Part shown: positions 39,371-49,344 of the stretch, piece after piece
How the letters are laid out: every line of letters begins with the position of its first letter
How positions within the stretch are numbered: the first letter of the stretch is position 1
DNA from: Acidilobaceae archaeon
GTDB lineage: Archaea > Thermoproteota > Thermoprotei_A > Sulfolobales > Acidilobaceae
DNA length: 64,000 nt
Reading direction: 5' to 3'
NCBI GenBank assembly: GCA_038897215.1
Contig: JAWAWX010000001.1
Location: 640,001 to 704,000, forward strand
The notes under the pieces: generated by a model
What the model was told of the DNA's origin: nothing
What the model saw: the letters and a program-made list of their open reading frames with translations, nothing else
Database searches by the model: none
Made by a program: the position numbers and the translations under genes

Positions 39371-39769
39371 CTACCCACCTTCACTCAAGACTATCGAGAG
39401 TCTAACGCCTCTACCGCTAACCACATCGAAGTCGCTCGATGCGCAGAACGGGCACTTTATGAATGCATGAATAGCCTCGGGCAGGAAGTGTATGTATTCT
39501 CTAACCTCTTCGCTGATACTCTCGTCTCTAAGTCTCCACTCGAGACCGCACCGCCGGCACTTGAAGACAGCCTCCTCCTCTAGTATCTCGTAGGAGACGC
39601 TTAAGTCATAGTCTTTCAAGCTCATCCTTATATACTCTTCGAGAACAGAAGCATCAAGGCTCTGGAGTTCTCCTAGATAGATTCTAACTAGTTTGACTTT
39701 AGAGCCCTCCTTCTCTACAGCTTCTCTTATAGCCGAGACTATGGCTGAAGCTAGAGCAAGTTCGTGCAG
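39371..39769 (-). CDS. hypA: Hydrogenase nickel metallochaperone HypA (CTG start inferred)
   Basis: Frame extends upstream of the track ORF to CTG-CAC-GAA (MHE motif), GELQ, CRRC...CPFC...GRG; GGTGG SD 6 nt upstream. Confidence 0.9.
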   Translation of the reverse strand: MHELALASAIVSAIREAVEKEGSKVKLVRIYLGELQSLDASVLEEYIRMSLKDYDLSVSYEILEEEAVFKCRRCGLEWRLRDESISEEVREYIHFLPEAIHAFIKCPFCASSDFDVVSGRGVRLSIVLSEGG

Positions 39770-39901
39770 AGAGTTCCACCAGGCTCTCAGGTCTTCATTT
39801 GCACCTCTTAAATATCACTGTTGAGCCTCTATATAACGTAATCTTTAAAAGGATCGAAGGACTGGAGATTAATAATTGAATCCGACCTCTGGTGGTTCGC
39901 G

Positions 39902-41167
39902 TTGATGCTTTCTAGAAGAGATTTCATAAAGCTATCAGCATCAACAGCTCTTCTAGCTTCTCTCGATTGGGATAACGTCGTTAAAGCTGCGCTCGAAACC
40001 ATCCAGAAGGGCAAATACAACATAATATGGTTCGAGGCTCAGTCTTGCACAGGTGATACTGGCGCTCTACTCCTAGCCACAGACCCCAACGTCATACAGG
40101 TTTTAGCCGGGCATCTCCACGTAGTCGGCCCCGGGACAGTCGCTCTACTCTACCATGATGCAGTGATGCCTCAGTGGGGTGAGAGCGCTCTCGAGATCCT
40201 AAGGAAAGCCGTTGCGGGAGAACTCGACCCATTCGTCTTAGTCGTGGAGGGCACGGTGCCTATCGATGAAAAAGCTGGGGGCCCTAAGGGTAGCGACTAC
40301 TGGTGCTTCGTAGGCGAAGAGAGAGGAAAGCCTATCACGTGCCTCGAGTGGATAAGGAGACTGCTTAGGAGAGCCGCGGCTGTGGTCACTGTGGGGACCT
40401 GCTCATCCTATGGAGGCATCCCAGCCAACACTCCCTGGGATCCAGGCTTCTTCAAAGCCTACGGCTTCGATGAGTTCGAGAAGTATCCCGATGGGTGGAG
40501 CAGGTCTCCCACGGGAGCCACCGGATTCTTCGGAGACAAGATTAGGGGCTTCAAAGGCCTCCTAGACCTGCTCCCTGAAGCCGAGCCCTTCAGGAAGTTC
40601 GCTAAGGGAGAGAAGTGCGAGCTACTCAAAGACTGCAAGCCTGCAGTAGCTGTTCCAGGATGCCCGGCTAACGGGAACGCTATCCTCAAGACTCTAGCGC
40701 ACCTAGTCCTAGCTCTAGAAGGGCTCATGCCTCTATCGCGCGAGCAGTTCGACGAGATAGGGAGACCCAAGTACTTCTTCGGAGAGACCACGCACAACAA
40801 CTGCCCGAGAGCAGGGCACTACGCTGCGGGAAGGTGGAGAATGTATCCCGGCGACGGCACGGAGTACTGCCTCTGGGGCGTTGGGTGCAAGGGTCCAGTC
40901 TCCCACTGCCCGTGGAATAGGCTAGGGTGGGTTAGCGGAGTTGGGGGATGCGTGAGGCAAGGCTCTGTATGCATGGGATGCCACGAGCCCGGCTTCAGCG
41001 ACGCCTACGAGCCATTCTTCCAGAAGCTACCCTACGTGTTTGCTAGCAGAGAGGCTCTAGTTGGAACCCTTGCTGGAGCAATCGCTGTAGCCGCTGTCGT
41101 GGGAGTAGTCAGCGGAGCTCTAGCATACATGAAGGGCAAGAAGCAGGGTGGCGTAAAGCATGGCTAG
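39902..41167 (+). CDS. [NiFe] hydrogenase small subunit (Tat-exported, C-terminal TM anchor)
   Basis: SRRDFIK Tat motif, CTGD, GTCSSYGG, PGCP, HNNC, GCKGP, CMGC. Confidence 0.93.
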   Translation: MMLSRRDFIKLSASTALLASLDWDNVVKAALETIQKGKYNIIWFEAQSCTGDTGALLLATDPNVIQVLAGHLHVVGPGTVALLYHDAVMPQWGESALEILRKAVAGELDPFVLVVEGTVPIDEKAGGPKGSDYWCFVGEERGKPITCLEWIRRLLRRAAAVVTVGTCSSYGGIPANTPWDPGFFKAYGFDEFEKYPDGWSRSPTGATGFFGDKIRGFKGLLDLLPEAEPFRKFAKGEKCELLKDCKPAVAVPGCPANGNAILKTLAHLVLALEGLMPLSREQFDEIGRPKYFFGETTHNNCPRAGHYAAGRWRMYPGDGTEYCLWGVGCKGPVSHCPWNRLGWVSGVGGCVRQGSVCMGCHEPGFSDAYEPFFQKLPYVFASREALVGTLAGAIAVAAVVGVVSGALAYMKGKKQGGVKHG

Positions 41168-42140
41168 ACTCTGGGTCAGCGCCATCAACCTAATCGCTGG
41201 AGGAGTTCTCTGGGCTATAGCAGCAATAGTAGTCTACTACGTAGCCGTAGTCAACCTCCCAGCTAGCCTAAGTGAGCTTAGAGAAGCTCTAGCAAGCCCT
41301 GCTCTCACCAGCTGGGTTTGGTGGATCCCCATCTTCAAGGTCCTGCTGGGACTAGGATCGATCATAGTGTTGCTATTAGGGATAGTGACAAGTATCAGGT
41401 ACCTCTCGCTAGGGCTCTTCGAGTCGGGCAAGTGGACTTCAGCAAGGCTCAAGGCGAGAGCAGACGAGCTGATCCAGAGACTGAGCCCTGTAGACGTCGC
41501 ATCACACATGATGTTAGCAGTGGGCTTCGGGCTGGCTATGCTGACAGGATTCATACTATACTTCGCTGACAACCCTTACGTCTATGGGTACCTTTATGTT
41601 GTAAGTAGAGAAACCTTAGCGAATCTACATGTGATAGGGGGATACTTAATGGCGTTCGCAGTAGTACTTTATATAACCCACTACCTCACGCAATTCCTGC
41701 TCTCACTGAAAGACTATGGAGTCAAGGGAGCTTTCAGCAGGTTTCTCATACTGAAAACTCTCCCATCGCTGCCAGCTCAACTCATAGACTATTACACCTG
41801 GCTTTTCGGGCTCAAGAAGGAGCACATGAAGTATCACAAGTACATGCCTACACAGATAGTAGCATACTTCGGGATAGGAGCAATGGTTCTACTCATAGGC
41901 ATAACGGGTCTATCTATGGTATTATGGGGTATGCAGAGCGGTAACGGTTTCGCGTGGTGGGTGCACGTGTACGCAGCTACGTTGAGCGTAGCACTCATAG
42001 CGTTCCACGTCTTCATGATCCACGTGAGACCCGCGACTTTCCCCATAGATTTCGCGTTCTTTGACGGGAAAGTGGTTAAGGGTATGGCGGAGGAGGAGTG
42101 GCCTCTCTGGCTTGAGGAGGGTAGAGGTGGTGGGATGTGA
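41160..42140 (+). CDS. Hydrogenase-associated di-heme cytochrome b subunit
   Basis: Multiple TM helices with His ligands (SHMML, LHVIGG, VHVY, FHVF); lies between the small and large subunits. Confidence 0.8.
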   Translation: MARLWVSAINLIAGGVLWAIAAIVVYYVAVVNLPASLSELREALASPALTSWVWWIPIFKVLLGLGSIIVLLLGIVTSIRYLSLGLFESGKWTSARLKARADELIQRLSPVDVASHMMLAVGFGLAMLTGFILYFADNPYVYGYLYVVSRETLANLHVIGGYLMAFAVVLYITHYLTQFLLSLKDYGVKGAFSRFLILKTLPSLPAQLIDYYTWLFGLKKEHMKYHKYMPTQIVAYFGIGAMVLLIGITGLSMVLWGMQSGNGFAWWVHVYAATLSVALIAFHVFMIHVRPATFPIDFAFFDGKVVKGMAEEEWPLWLEEGRGGGM

Positions 42141-44005
42141 GTGTGGAGCTCCGTATAGACCCTATCACTAGAATCGAGGGGCATCTCGGAGCCAGGCTAG
42201 TAGTAGACACGACCACTAGAAGACCCGACCCGGCTACTGTGAGAGTATTCTGTACTGCCTTCAGAGGATTCGAGGTGTTTGCTAGAGGGAGACCTCCAGA
42301 GGACATGCCCGCTATGACTAGCAGGCTTTGCGGAGTCTGCGGAGCGTCTCACGCTAATGCCTCAATGCACGCAGTAGACATGGCTTATGGCGTGTCACCA
42401 GAGCCTCTAGGGGTTGTTCTGAGAAACCTCGGGTTCGCTATAGGAGAGTACCTCTACGACCACTCTATAATACTGAATCTCCTAGAGGCTCCAGACTACA
42501 GCGAGGTTATAGTCAAGAGCTTCACTCCCTCAGTGTGGAGCGAGGCTACTCGCACTCTAGCTGAGAACAGGGATAAGCATGGATTCACCAAGATCTCAGA
42601 CATAATGGAGGCGTTCAACCCGATAACCGGCAAGATGTGGCAGTTAACGGTCCACTTCCAGAGGATAGCTAGAGAAGCAGGGAGCCTCATATACGGCAAG
42701 CACCCCCATCCCAACACGCTCATACCTGGAGGGATACAAACCAACGTCTACGACATAGAGGAGACGCTGGTCGCCATAACTTACAGGCTTACAAAGCTGA
42801 CAGCCTGGGTCAAGTTCAACTACTACGTGTGGGAGGACATACTGAACTTCTACAAGAGAATAGGCTACGAGATGGTGGGCTTAACCTACGAGAAGCCTAG
42901 AGTGATGAGCGTAGGGCTCTTCGACCATCCAGAGAAGTACTCGGAGATAGGGGATTACGTCAGCTGGGAGGACTTCTACAAGAACATAGACGCTGCAGCT
43001 AGCGCGAGAGACCTGAAGCCAGGGCTTGTGCTAGACGGCGAGATGGTGTCTAGGAAATACACAGACATGAACGTAGCCACGATGGAGCACGTAGACACGT
43101 CCTTCTATGCGGATTGGGCGGACAAGGTCAAGAAAGAGGAGTGGTACACTGAGAAAGACCCTCTAGGGAACACTCTACTATGGGGCAGAGCAGACCCCGC
43201 CTACCATCCGTGGAACAAGATAACCATACCGAAGCCCGAAGAGAAAGACTGGGCTAGGAAGTACTCGTGGGTAGTCAGAGTCAACATGGTCTGGAAGGAT
43301 GGAAGCATAGGCCCCATAGAGCTAGGGCCCTTCGCTAGAGTCTACGTACAGTCCAGAACAGCCGACACCACGGCGGCAGGGCTGATCAAGTCGGGGAACG
43401 GTATTCTCAGAACTACGTTGCCCAGAGCTGTCGCCGACGAGCTACCCCCAACGGTCTGGGAGGAGGCCACCATAGAGTGGAGAGTTCCAGAGACCAGCAC
43501 GACCATATACAGGCTCTGGGGTAGAGCCTACTGCCTCCTATTTGCGGCTGCTAGCGCCTGGAACAATATACTGATCGGGCTCGACCTAGTGAAGAAGGGT
43601 AGAACGAAGACCTCTAGACCGTGGAGGGTCCCCGGAGGAATAACCAGAGGAGCGGGCTTCACCGAGGCTCCGAGAGGCTCTGTGAGACACTGGATCGTCC
43701 AGAAGGGAGGCAGAGTACTAAACTACCAGATCCACGCTCCGACAACCGAGAACGCCTCCTCGAGAGACGAGATCAGAGTCACGGACAAGGTGAGATACGT
43801 GAGAGCGCCATTCGAGGCAGCGGTAGCGAACATAGTCGTCACAGAAGAGCTCCCACCAGCTCAGTGGCAGGGCCTCGATGTAGTTAGAGCTATAAGAAGC
43901 TTCGACCCATGCCTAGCCTGCGCTGTCCACATAGAGCTGAGAAGTAACGGGAAGCAAGTCAAGACTATCGAGAAGATACTGAGAGACGTCACGTGCACTC
44001 TATAA
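42137..44005 (+). CDS. [NiFe] hydrogenase large subunit (group 1, 1g/1h-like)
   Basis: DPITRIEGH, L1 SRLCGVCGASH, EAPRG, L2 SFDPCLACAVH plus cleavable tail. Confidence 0.95.
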   Translation: MSVELRIDPITRIEGHLGARLVVDTTTRRPDPATVRVFCTAFRGFEVFARGRPPEDMPAMTSRLCGVCGASHANASMHAVDMAYGVSPEPLGVVLRNLGFAIGEYLYDHSIILNLLEAPDYSEVIVKSFTPSVWSEATRTLAENRDKHGFTKISDIMEAFNPITGKMWQLTVHFQRIAREAGSLIYGKHPHPNTLIPGGIQTNVYDIEETLVAITYRLTKLTAWVKFNYYVWEDILNFYKRIGYEMVGLTYEKPRVMSVGLFDHPEKYSEIGDYVSWEDFYKNIDAAASARDLKPGLVLDGEMVSRKYTDMNVATMEHVDTSFYADWADKVKKEEWYTEKDPLGNTLLWGRADPAYHPWNKITIPKPEEKDWARKYSWVVRVNMVWKDGSIGPIELGPFARVYVQSRTADTTAAGLIKSGNGILRTTLPRAVADELPPTVWEEATIEWRVPETSTTIYRLWGRAYCLLFAAASAWNNILIGLDLVKKGRTKTSRPWRVPGGITRGAGFTEAPRGSVRHWIVQKGGRVLNYQIHAPTTENASSRDEIRVTDKVRYVRAPFEAAVANIVVTEELPPAQWQGLDVVRAIRSFDPCLACAVHIELRSNGKQVKTIEKILRDVTCTL

Positions 44006-44061
44006 TCTTCTTTACTCTCCTCTAACTTTCTCTCTTCTCTTTTTCCTCGGGTGTTTCCAGC

Positions 44062-44643
44062 TTGTCAGAGCTAGTTATTAGAGCTCTAGGTGAAGCTCTT
44101 CGATACGGTCTCCCAGTAGAATTCAGACTTCACGGGAAAGCTCTCTCTCTACGCTATAAGTCTAGGTCGACAGTGTATAGAATTGTGGAGCTAAGAGGGC
44201 TTCGAGGAGAACTCACAGGACTCGCTTTAGCTATACCCGGATTGGAGGCCTTCTCTGTGAAAATAGTCAGTTTCTCGAGAAGCGGGGCTGAGATAGTCTG
44301 GGAGAATCTACCTCTAGCAGTAGGACTGGATAGAGACTTCATGAGCCCAGCTGAGACAGACATCTGGCTCAAGAGGTTCAAGTCAAGAGGAGAGCTTGAG
44401 GCTCTCGAGAAGGCTCCAGAGAGTTTCACTGAACTAAGAGAAGTCGGTTTCGATATCTACTCCACGAGAGACCGCTTGGACTACGCGGTGGGGGAGGGAG
44501 ATGTGATAGCTTTATGGTATAATTCTCTCACAGGCAGAATCGACTTAGCTATGGAGATCCAGGAGAAGATGGGTCTCCACAGGTGGGGAGAGAAGCTGGA
44601 GGCAGTAAAGCAGTGGGCGAGAAAGCTAGAGCTCTCAAGATAA
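44062..44643 (+). CDS. Hypothetical protein in the hydrogenase locus
   Basis: 193-aa ORF with host-like codon usage between the large subunit and hypF. Confidence 0.6.
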   Translation: MSELVIRALGEALRYGLPVEFRLHGKALSLRYKSRSTVYRIVELRGLRGELTGLALAIPGLEAFSVKIVSFSRSGAEIVWENLPLAVGLDRDFMSPAETDIWLKRFKSRGELEALEKAPESFTELREVGFDIYSTRDRLDYAVGEGDVIALWYNSLTGRIDLAMEIQEKMGLHRWGEKLEAVKQWARKLELSR

Positions 44644-46937
44644 CAGTAGTCGGTGTCGTTCAGGGAGTAGGCTTCAGACCCTTCATCTACAGACTGGCGT
44701 CATCTCTGAGTCTTGGAGGCTATGTAAGAAACCTGGGGGGTAGCGAGGTAGAGATATGGGTTGAGGGGAGAGCAGAACTCCTCGAGGCCTTCTTGGAGAG
44801 GCTCGTTAGAGAGAAGCCTCCACCCGCTAGAATCGAGTACGTGAGAGTCGAGCCCGTGGAGCCGGTTGGCTATCGGAGCTTCGAGATCTCCGGGAGCGAG
44901 CGTAGTAGACGCTCTAGGAGCATGATACCCCCCGATATCGCTATATGTAACGACTGCGTCAGAGAAATCCTAGAGCCCGGCACCAGGTTCTCGAGCTACT
45001 ACTGGAATAGCTGCGCTTGGTGCGGGCCCAGGTTCTCGATGATATACGAGCTACCATACGATAGGGAGAATACGGCCATGAGAGTCTTCTCTCTCTGCGA
45101 GGACTGCTCTAGAGACTACAGCGACCCGGCTAACACTAGGAGATTCCACGCTCAAGGAATAAGCTGTAGCGTTTGCGGCCCCAGAACCTACGTCTACACG
45201 TCTCGAGGAGAGAGAGTAGATGTCGAGGACCCCGCGGTGTTCGCTGCTCGAGTAATAGAAGAAGGGGCTATAGTTGCTGTGAAGAGTGCTGGAGGCTATC
45301 ACATAGCCTGCTTAGCGACCAGAGACGAGGTAGTGGTAGAGCTGAGGAGAAGGAAGAAGAGACCCTTCAAGCCTTTTGCTTTAATGGCTAGAGACTTGAG
45401 TGTTGTAAGAGAGATAGCCGAGCTCTCCGACACAGCGGAGAAGCTCCTAGTATCACCCGAGAGGCCTATAGTATTGTTGCCTAAGAAGAGAAGCTCGAAG
45501 ATATCAGAGCATGTAGCTCCAGGACTTTCAACGATAGGAGTCATGCTCCCTTACACGGGTTTCCAGGTCCTACTCCTCTCACACGTCAGAGACGGGGTCT
45601 TGGTAATGACTAGCGCTAATATTCACGGGAAACCTATGTGCACGAATCTAGAATGCGTGTTGAGAGAGCTTGAGAACGTTGTAGACTACGTGGTCGAGCA
45701 CGAGAGAGCGATAGCTCACAGAGTAGACGATAGCGTTGTCAGGTTCACGGATGGAGAGCCTGTGCTATTGAGAAGAGGTAGGGGCTATGCGCCAGCCTGG
45801 GTCACTATCCCCTTCAACCTCCCAGACTCGGCGGCTGTAGGAGCAGAGCTTCAGTCAGCTGGAGCAGTAGGCTTCGAGGATAAGGTTGTGCTAACGCAAT
45901 ACATAGGAGATGTCGATGAGCCAGCTACGCTGGAGGACTTGGAGAGAGAGCTCTCCTGGTTCATCAAAGCCTACGACTTAATGCCTAAGCTCATAGCGTT
46001 AGACATGCACCCGCTCTACCACAGTAGAGAAGTCGCTGTAAAACTAGCGGATAGCATGGGAGCAGAGCTAGTGGAAGTCCAGCATCACCACGCTCACGCG
46101 GCGGCAGTCATGACGGAGCTAGGAGTGAAGCCGGGTGAGAGAATCCTAGCTATAGCCATAGACGGTACCGGTTACGGGCTAGATGGAGGCATATGGGGCG
46201 GAGAGGTGCTCGTAGCTGGCTATGATGGATTCGAGAGAGTCGGGAGCATGAAGCCCTACAGCCTGCCCGGAGGAGACACAGCTGCTCTCTACCCCGCCAA
46301 GCCTCTCATAGCTCTTCTAGCATCACACGGTTATAGTGAAGAAGAAGTCGTCGAGATACTCAGAAAGAGAGAGCTAGATTCGACTCTACCCAGGGGGCTC
46401 AAGGAAGCTCTAGTGGCCTACGATTTGGCTAAGAGAGGGAGGGGTGTTGTGAGCACGAGCCTGGGGAGAGTCCTAGACGCTTTCTCTGCTCTTCTCGGTG
46501 TCTGCTACTTCAGAAGCTACGAGGGAGAGCCAGCTATGCGACTTGAGGCTGTAGCAGACGAGGGTAGAGACCTAGGCTGGGAGGCTGGCACTAGGTGGCT
46601 CGATGGAAGACTCGTAGTGGACACGAGGAGCTTGCTAGAGCTCTCTATCGACAGCGAGGCCTCTAGAGAAGACAAGGCGCGCTCTATCCTAACAGCTCTG
46701 GGGAGAGCTCTAGCGAGAGTAGCTCTCGACGCTGTCAAGGGTAGGAGAGGAGTCAGAGGAGACGCCATAGTAGTCTGTGGCGGAGCAGCAGTAAACACTC
46801 ACATAGTGAGAGGGATGAGGGAAGTCGCTAGAGAAGAGGGGGTCAGAGTCCTCTTACCTAAGCTAGTCCCGCCCAACGACGGCTCCATAGCTCTCGGTCA
46901 GCTAGTAGTAGCATGCTTCACCGCGGGCCTTTGCTGA
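44583..46937 (+). CDS. hypF: Carbamoyltransferase HypF (likely start GTG 44613)
   Basis: VQGVGFRPF acylphosphatase domain, CxxC fingers, RRFHAQ, QHHHAH, DGTGYG, PPNDGSIALGQ. Confidence 0.96.
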   Translation: MGREAGGSKAVGEKARALKITVVGVVQGVGFRPFIYRLASSLSLGGYVRNLGGSEVEIWVEGRAELLEAFLERLVREKPPPARIEYVRVEPVEPVGYRSFEISGSERSRRSRSMIPPDIAICNDCVREILEPGTRFSSYYWNSCAWCGPRFSMIYELPYDRENTAMRVFSLCEDCSRDYSDPANTRRFHAQGISCSVCGPRTYVYTSRGERVDVEDPAVFAARVIEEGAIVAVKSAGGYHIACLATRDEVVVELRRRKKRPFKPFALMARDLSVVREIAELSDTAEKLLVSPERPIVLLPKKRSSKISEHVAPGLSTIGVMLPYTGFQVLLLSHVRDGVLVMTSANIHGKPMCTNLECVLRELENVVDYVVEHERAIAHRVDDSVVRFTDGEPVLLRRGRGYAPAWVTIPFNLPDSAAVGAELQSAGAVGFEDKVVLTQYIGDVDEPATLEDLERELSWFIKAYDLMPKLIALDMHPLYHSREVAVKLADSMGAELVEVQHHHAHAAAVMTELGVKPGERILAIAIDGTGYGLDGGIWGGEVLVAGYDGFERVGSMKPYSLPGGDTAALYPAKPLIALLASHGYSEEEVVEILRKRELDSTLPRGLKEALVAYDLAKRGRGVVSTSLGRVLDAFSALLGVCYFRSYEGEPAMRLEAVADEGRDLGWEAGTRWLDGRLVVDTRSLLELSIDSEASREDKARSILTALGRALARVALDAVKGRRGVRGDAIVVCGGAAVNTHIVRGMREVAREEGVRVLLPKLVPPNDGSIALGQLVVACFTAGLC

Positions 46938-47223
46938 ATCTCTTCTCGAGACTCTCCAAGTCTGGGAAGTAGTCGTCAACGCTATCCACTCTACTCCTCC
47001 CCCTCCCCCGCCTTCCTAGCTTTGATAGGAAGACTTGGAGTCTAGGGCTTCTAGACCATGAGGGAGACTTCCTGACAACAACCAGATACCCGTACTTCTT
47101 GAGCTCTGCTGAGAGATGCTCAGCGGCGACTCTAGCAGCTGTCTCCCCTATCTCCCCTCTCTCAGCCATAGCTCTCAGCTCTTCGAATCTCGAGAGGAGC
47201 CTCTCTAGCTCGGGGTCTCTCAC
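46918..47223 (-). CDS. Hypothetical protein
   Basis: 101-aa ORF directly downstream of the 47226 gene. Confidence 0.5.
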   Translation of the reverse strand: MRDPELERLLSRFEELRAMAERGEIGETAARVAAEHLSAELKKYGYLVVVRKSPSWSRSPRLQVFLSKLGRRGRGRSRVDSVDDYFPDLESLEKRFSKGPR

Positions 47224-47225
47224 GT

Positions 47226-48302
47226 CTAGGAGCCTCCTGCTAGCTTCTCGAGTTTCACGTAGCTCTCCACGATATCTACTATCACATCGCTTCTAGCTCT
47301 TAGAGACGACGTCGTAACCAGCGAGCCAGCCTCACCTATCTTCTCTATCACGCTATACGTGTCGCTATGGACTAGAGCTAGAGGAACCCCTATCTCTCTA
47401 GCTTTAGAGAGAACGCTTGGAGGCGGGTAGAACCCCCCCGTTACCACTACTAGAGCGGGCTTAGACTCTATAGCGCTCACCACTAGGTCCGACCTATCGC
47501 CACTCACTACTACAACGGGGGCTGGGGACCTCCTAAGCTCTCTAGCTAGGGCCTCAGGGCTTGCTGCTGCTACCACTATGCTCTCGATTACTCCATAGAG
47601 TCCCTCGCCTTCCTCTAACACTTCTGCCTCCAGTATCTCCACGACTTCTCTGACTCTAGGAGCTAGCAAGTCAGGCTTGTAGGGGATATAGCCTAGAACC
47701 TCTACTTCTTTGCTCTCGAGCGTTGCTGCCGCTCCCTCCTTCAGTCTATCCATGTGGGTTAGCGGGACAGCGTTGAATATTACTCCAGCTACTCTAGCTC
47801 CTCTACTCGAAGCCCACTCGTAGTACAAAACGGCTTTATCTACAACGCCATCGATCACCCTGCTTTCTCTACAATCAACCACCAAGACTAGTCTAGCGTC
47901 CAGCATTACCGCTATATCGGCTGAGCTAAGCCCAACTACTGCTAGAGACTCGGGGGCTGAGTAGCCTTCTACGAGAACTGCATCTCTTCCAGCTGAGAGC
48001 ATCCTGAAGGAGGACTCTATAGTCTCGGCTATCTCTCCACTCCTCTCTCTCAGCTCTAAATAGCCTCCAGTAATCGCTATCGGGTTGACTAGGCTTAGGT
48101 GGTCTCGTAGACCGAGAGCTTCAGTCACGGCTATTGCGTCTGTGTCTATGTAGGAGCCTGAGGGGAGTCTTCTCCTACCGATACCCACGGGCTTGAAGTA
48201 GGCTACTCTAAGACCTCTCTTGGTCATCGATAAGGCTAGCCCATAGAGTAGGATAGTCTTGCCTCTACCACCAGCGAAGACGAGAGCTTCAGCAGTACTC
48301 AT
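47226..48302 (-). CDS. BioD-like phosphotransacetylase N-terminal / DRTGG domain protein
   Basis: GKT, YFKPVG, LVEG, VSGDRSD, VTGG motifs. Confidence 0.85.
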   Translation of the reverse strand: MSTAEALVFAGGRGKTILLYGLALSMTKRGLRVAYFKPVGIGRRRLPSGSYIDTDAIAVTEALGLRDHLSLVNPIAITGGYLELRERSGEIAETIESSFRMLSAGRDAVLVEGYSAPESLAVVGLSSADIAVMLDARLVLVVDCRESRVIDGVVDKAVLYYEWASSRGARVAGVIFNAVPLTHMDRLKEGAAATLESKEVEVLGYIPYKPDLLAPRVREVVEILEAEVLEEGEGLYGVIESIVVAAASPEALARELRRSPAPVVVVSGDRSDLVVSAIESKPALVVVTGGFYPPPSVLSKAREIGVPLALVHSDTYSVIEKIGEAGSLVTTSSLRARSDVIVDIVESYVKLEKLAGGS

Positions 48303-48378
48303 AAACAGTGCTCCCTCACTACTAGCTTAGCTGAAGTAATTAACTCTTAGCTCTCACGAAACCAGAGAGCTGTTGAGG

Positions 48379-48852
48379 TTACGATAGCCTACTTATTCTC
48401 GGGACTGTGATCTCCTCTAGGAGCTCTTGTCTGCACACAGTTTTCGTGAAGGAGGAGCTCTCGGAGCTGAGAACGCTATAGCCCACGGTCTTCAACACCT
48501 CTATCAGAACACTGGAAACACCGGGGTCCAGTCCTAGCGCGACTACTGCGCGCGCTTCTCCAACTCTCTCTACCACATCTCTAACCTGCTTTACTCCTAG
48601 GAGATTCATGAGGATGAGTATAGGAGTCTTCTTGACTCTCGAGCCTATCACTCTCTCCTCTAGAGCATAGAGATAGGATAGAGCTAGCTTACAGGGCTCA
48701 GCGTGCTCGAGACTCGGGAGCCCGACTACAGCGTAGCTATCGTTAATGGATGGTAGCGTGTCTACTCGTAGAGGCTTATCCAGCAAGGCTATCGACACGT
48801 AGACCTTGACGCAGCCCAGCTCGATCTCGTGATTCGATAGCTTTAAGCTCAA
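48379..48852 (-). CDS. Possible KEOPS subunit Cgi121-like protein
   Basis: ILILMNLLGVKQVRDVVERVG resembles the Cgi121 LLxLSGxRQIxxAxxxxG segment; size fits. Confidence 0.45.
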   Translation of the reverse strand: MSLKLSNHEIELGCVKVYVSIALLDKPLRVDTLPSINDSYAVVGLPSLEHAEPCKLALSYLYALEERVIGSRVKKTPILILMNLLGVKQVRDVVERVGEARAVVALGLDPGVSSVLIEVLKTVGYSVLSSESSSFTKTVCRQELLEEITVPRISRLS

Positions 48853-48855
48853 GAA

Positions 48856-49110
48856 CTACCCTCCGTGAACTACAGGGATTATCACGATCTCTCTGGCAGG
48901 CTCGTCGGGCTTCAGAAGCCTGTAGTCTACACCGTCGACGAAGACTATGTAGCCTGGAGCGGGCTCGCCAGAGTCGTCTATCACCTCTCTCAGGAATTTA
49001 GAGAACTCTCTAGCTTTGAGCAGAGCCTCTCTCCAGCTAGAAGCCTCGACCTCGAGCTTCTCGAAGCCAGCCTGCTCTTTAAGAGACCCCAGGAGCCTTA
49101 TCAGAGTCAA
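48856..49110 (-). CDS. Ubiquitin-like sulfur carrier (MoaD/ThiS/SAMP/Urm1 family)
   Basis: 84 aa, VFVDG, C-terminal PVVHGG. Confidence 0.9.
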   Translation of the reverse strand: MTLIRLLGSLKEQAGFEKLEVEASSWREALLKAREFSKFLREVIDDSGEPAPGYIVFVDGVDYRLLKPDEPAREIVIIPVVHGG

Positions 49111-49131
49111 GAGTTCGAACCCTGCTCGCTC

Positions 49132-49344
49132 CTAGCTAGCAGTCTTGGCTCTCCTCTTCCTAGTAGCGTTGATCAAATGAGTTATGTACCCCGCCACCTG
49201 GTTTCTCAGCTTCTTGCTCTGAAACTCCGCTAGCTCAGCGACTACTCTCTTATTGTGCTCAAAGCTCCCTGTGAATACGTCCGGGTATAGCTCGAGCAAT
49301 CTCCTAGCCGTCCTCTTAACCAGAGAGCTCCTCACCTTACCCAT
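49132..49344 (-). CDS. rps17e: 30S ribosomal protein S17e
   Basis: MGKVR...VKR, FEHNK, SKKLRNQVAGYIT. Confidence 0.97.
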   Translation of the reverse strand: MGKVRSSLVKRTARRLLELYPDVFTGSFEHNKRVVAELAEFQSKKLRNQVAGYITHLINATRKRRAKTAS

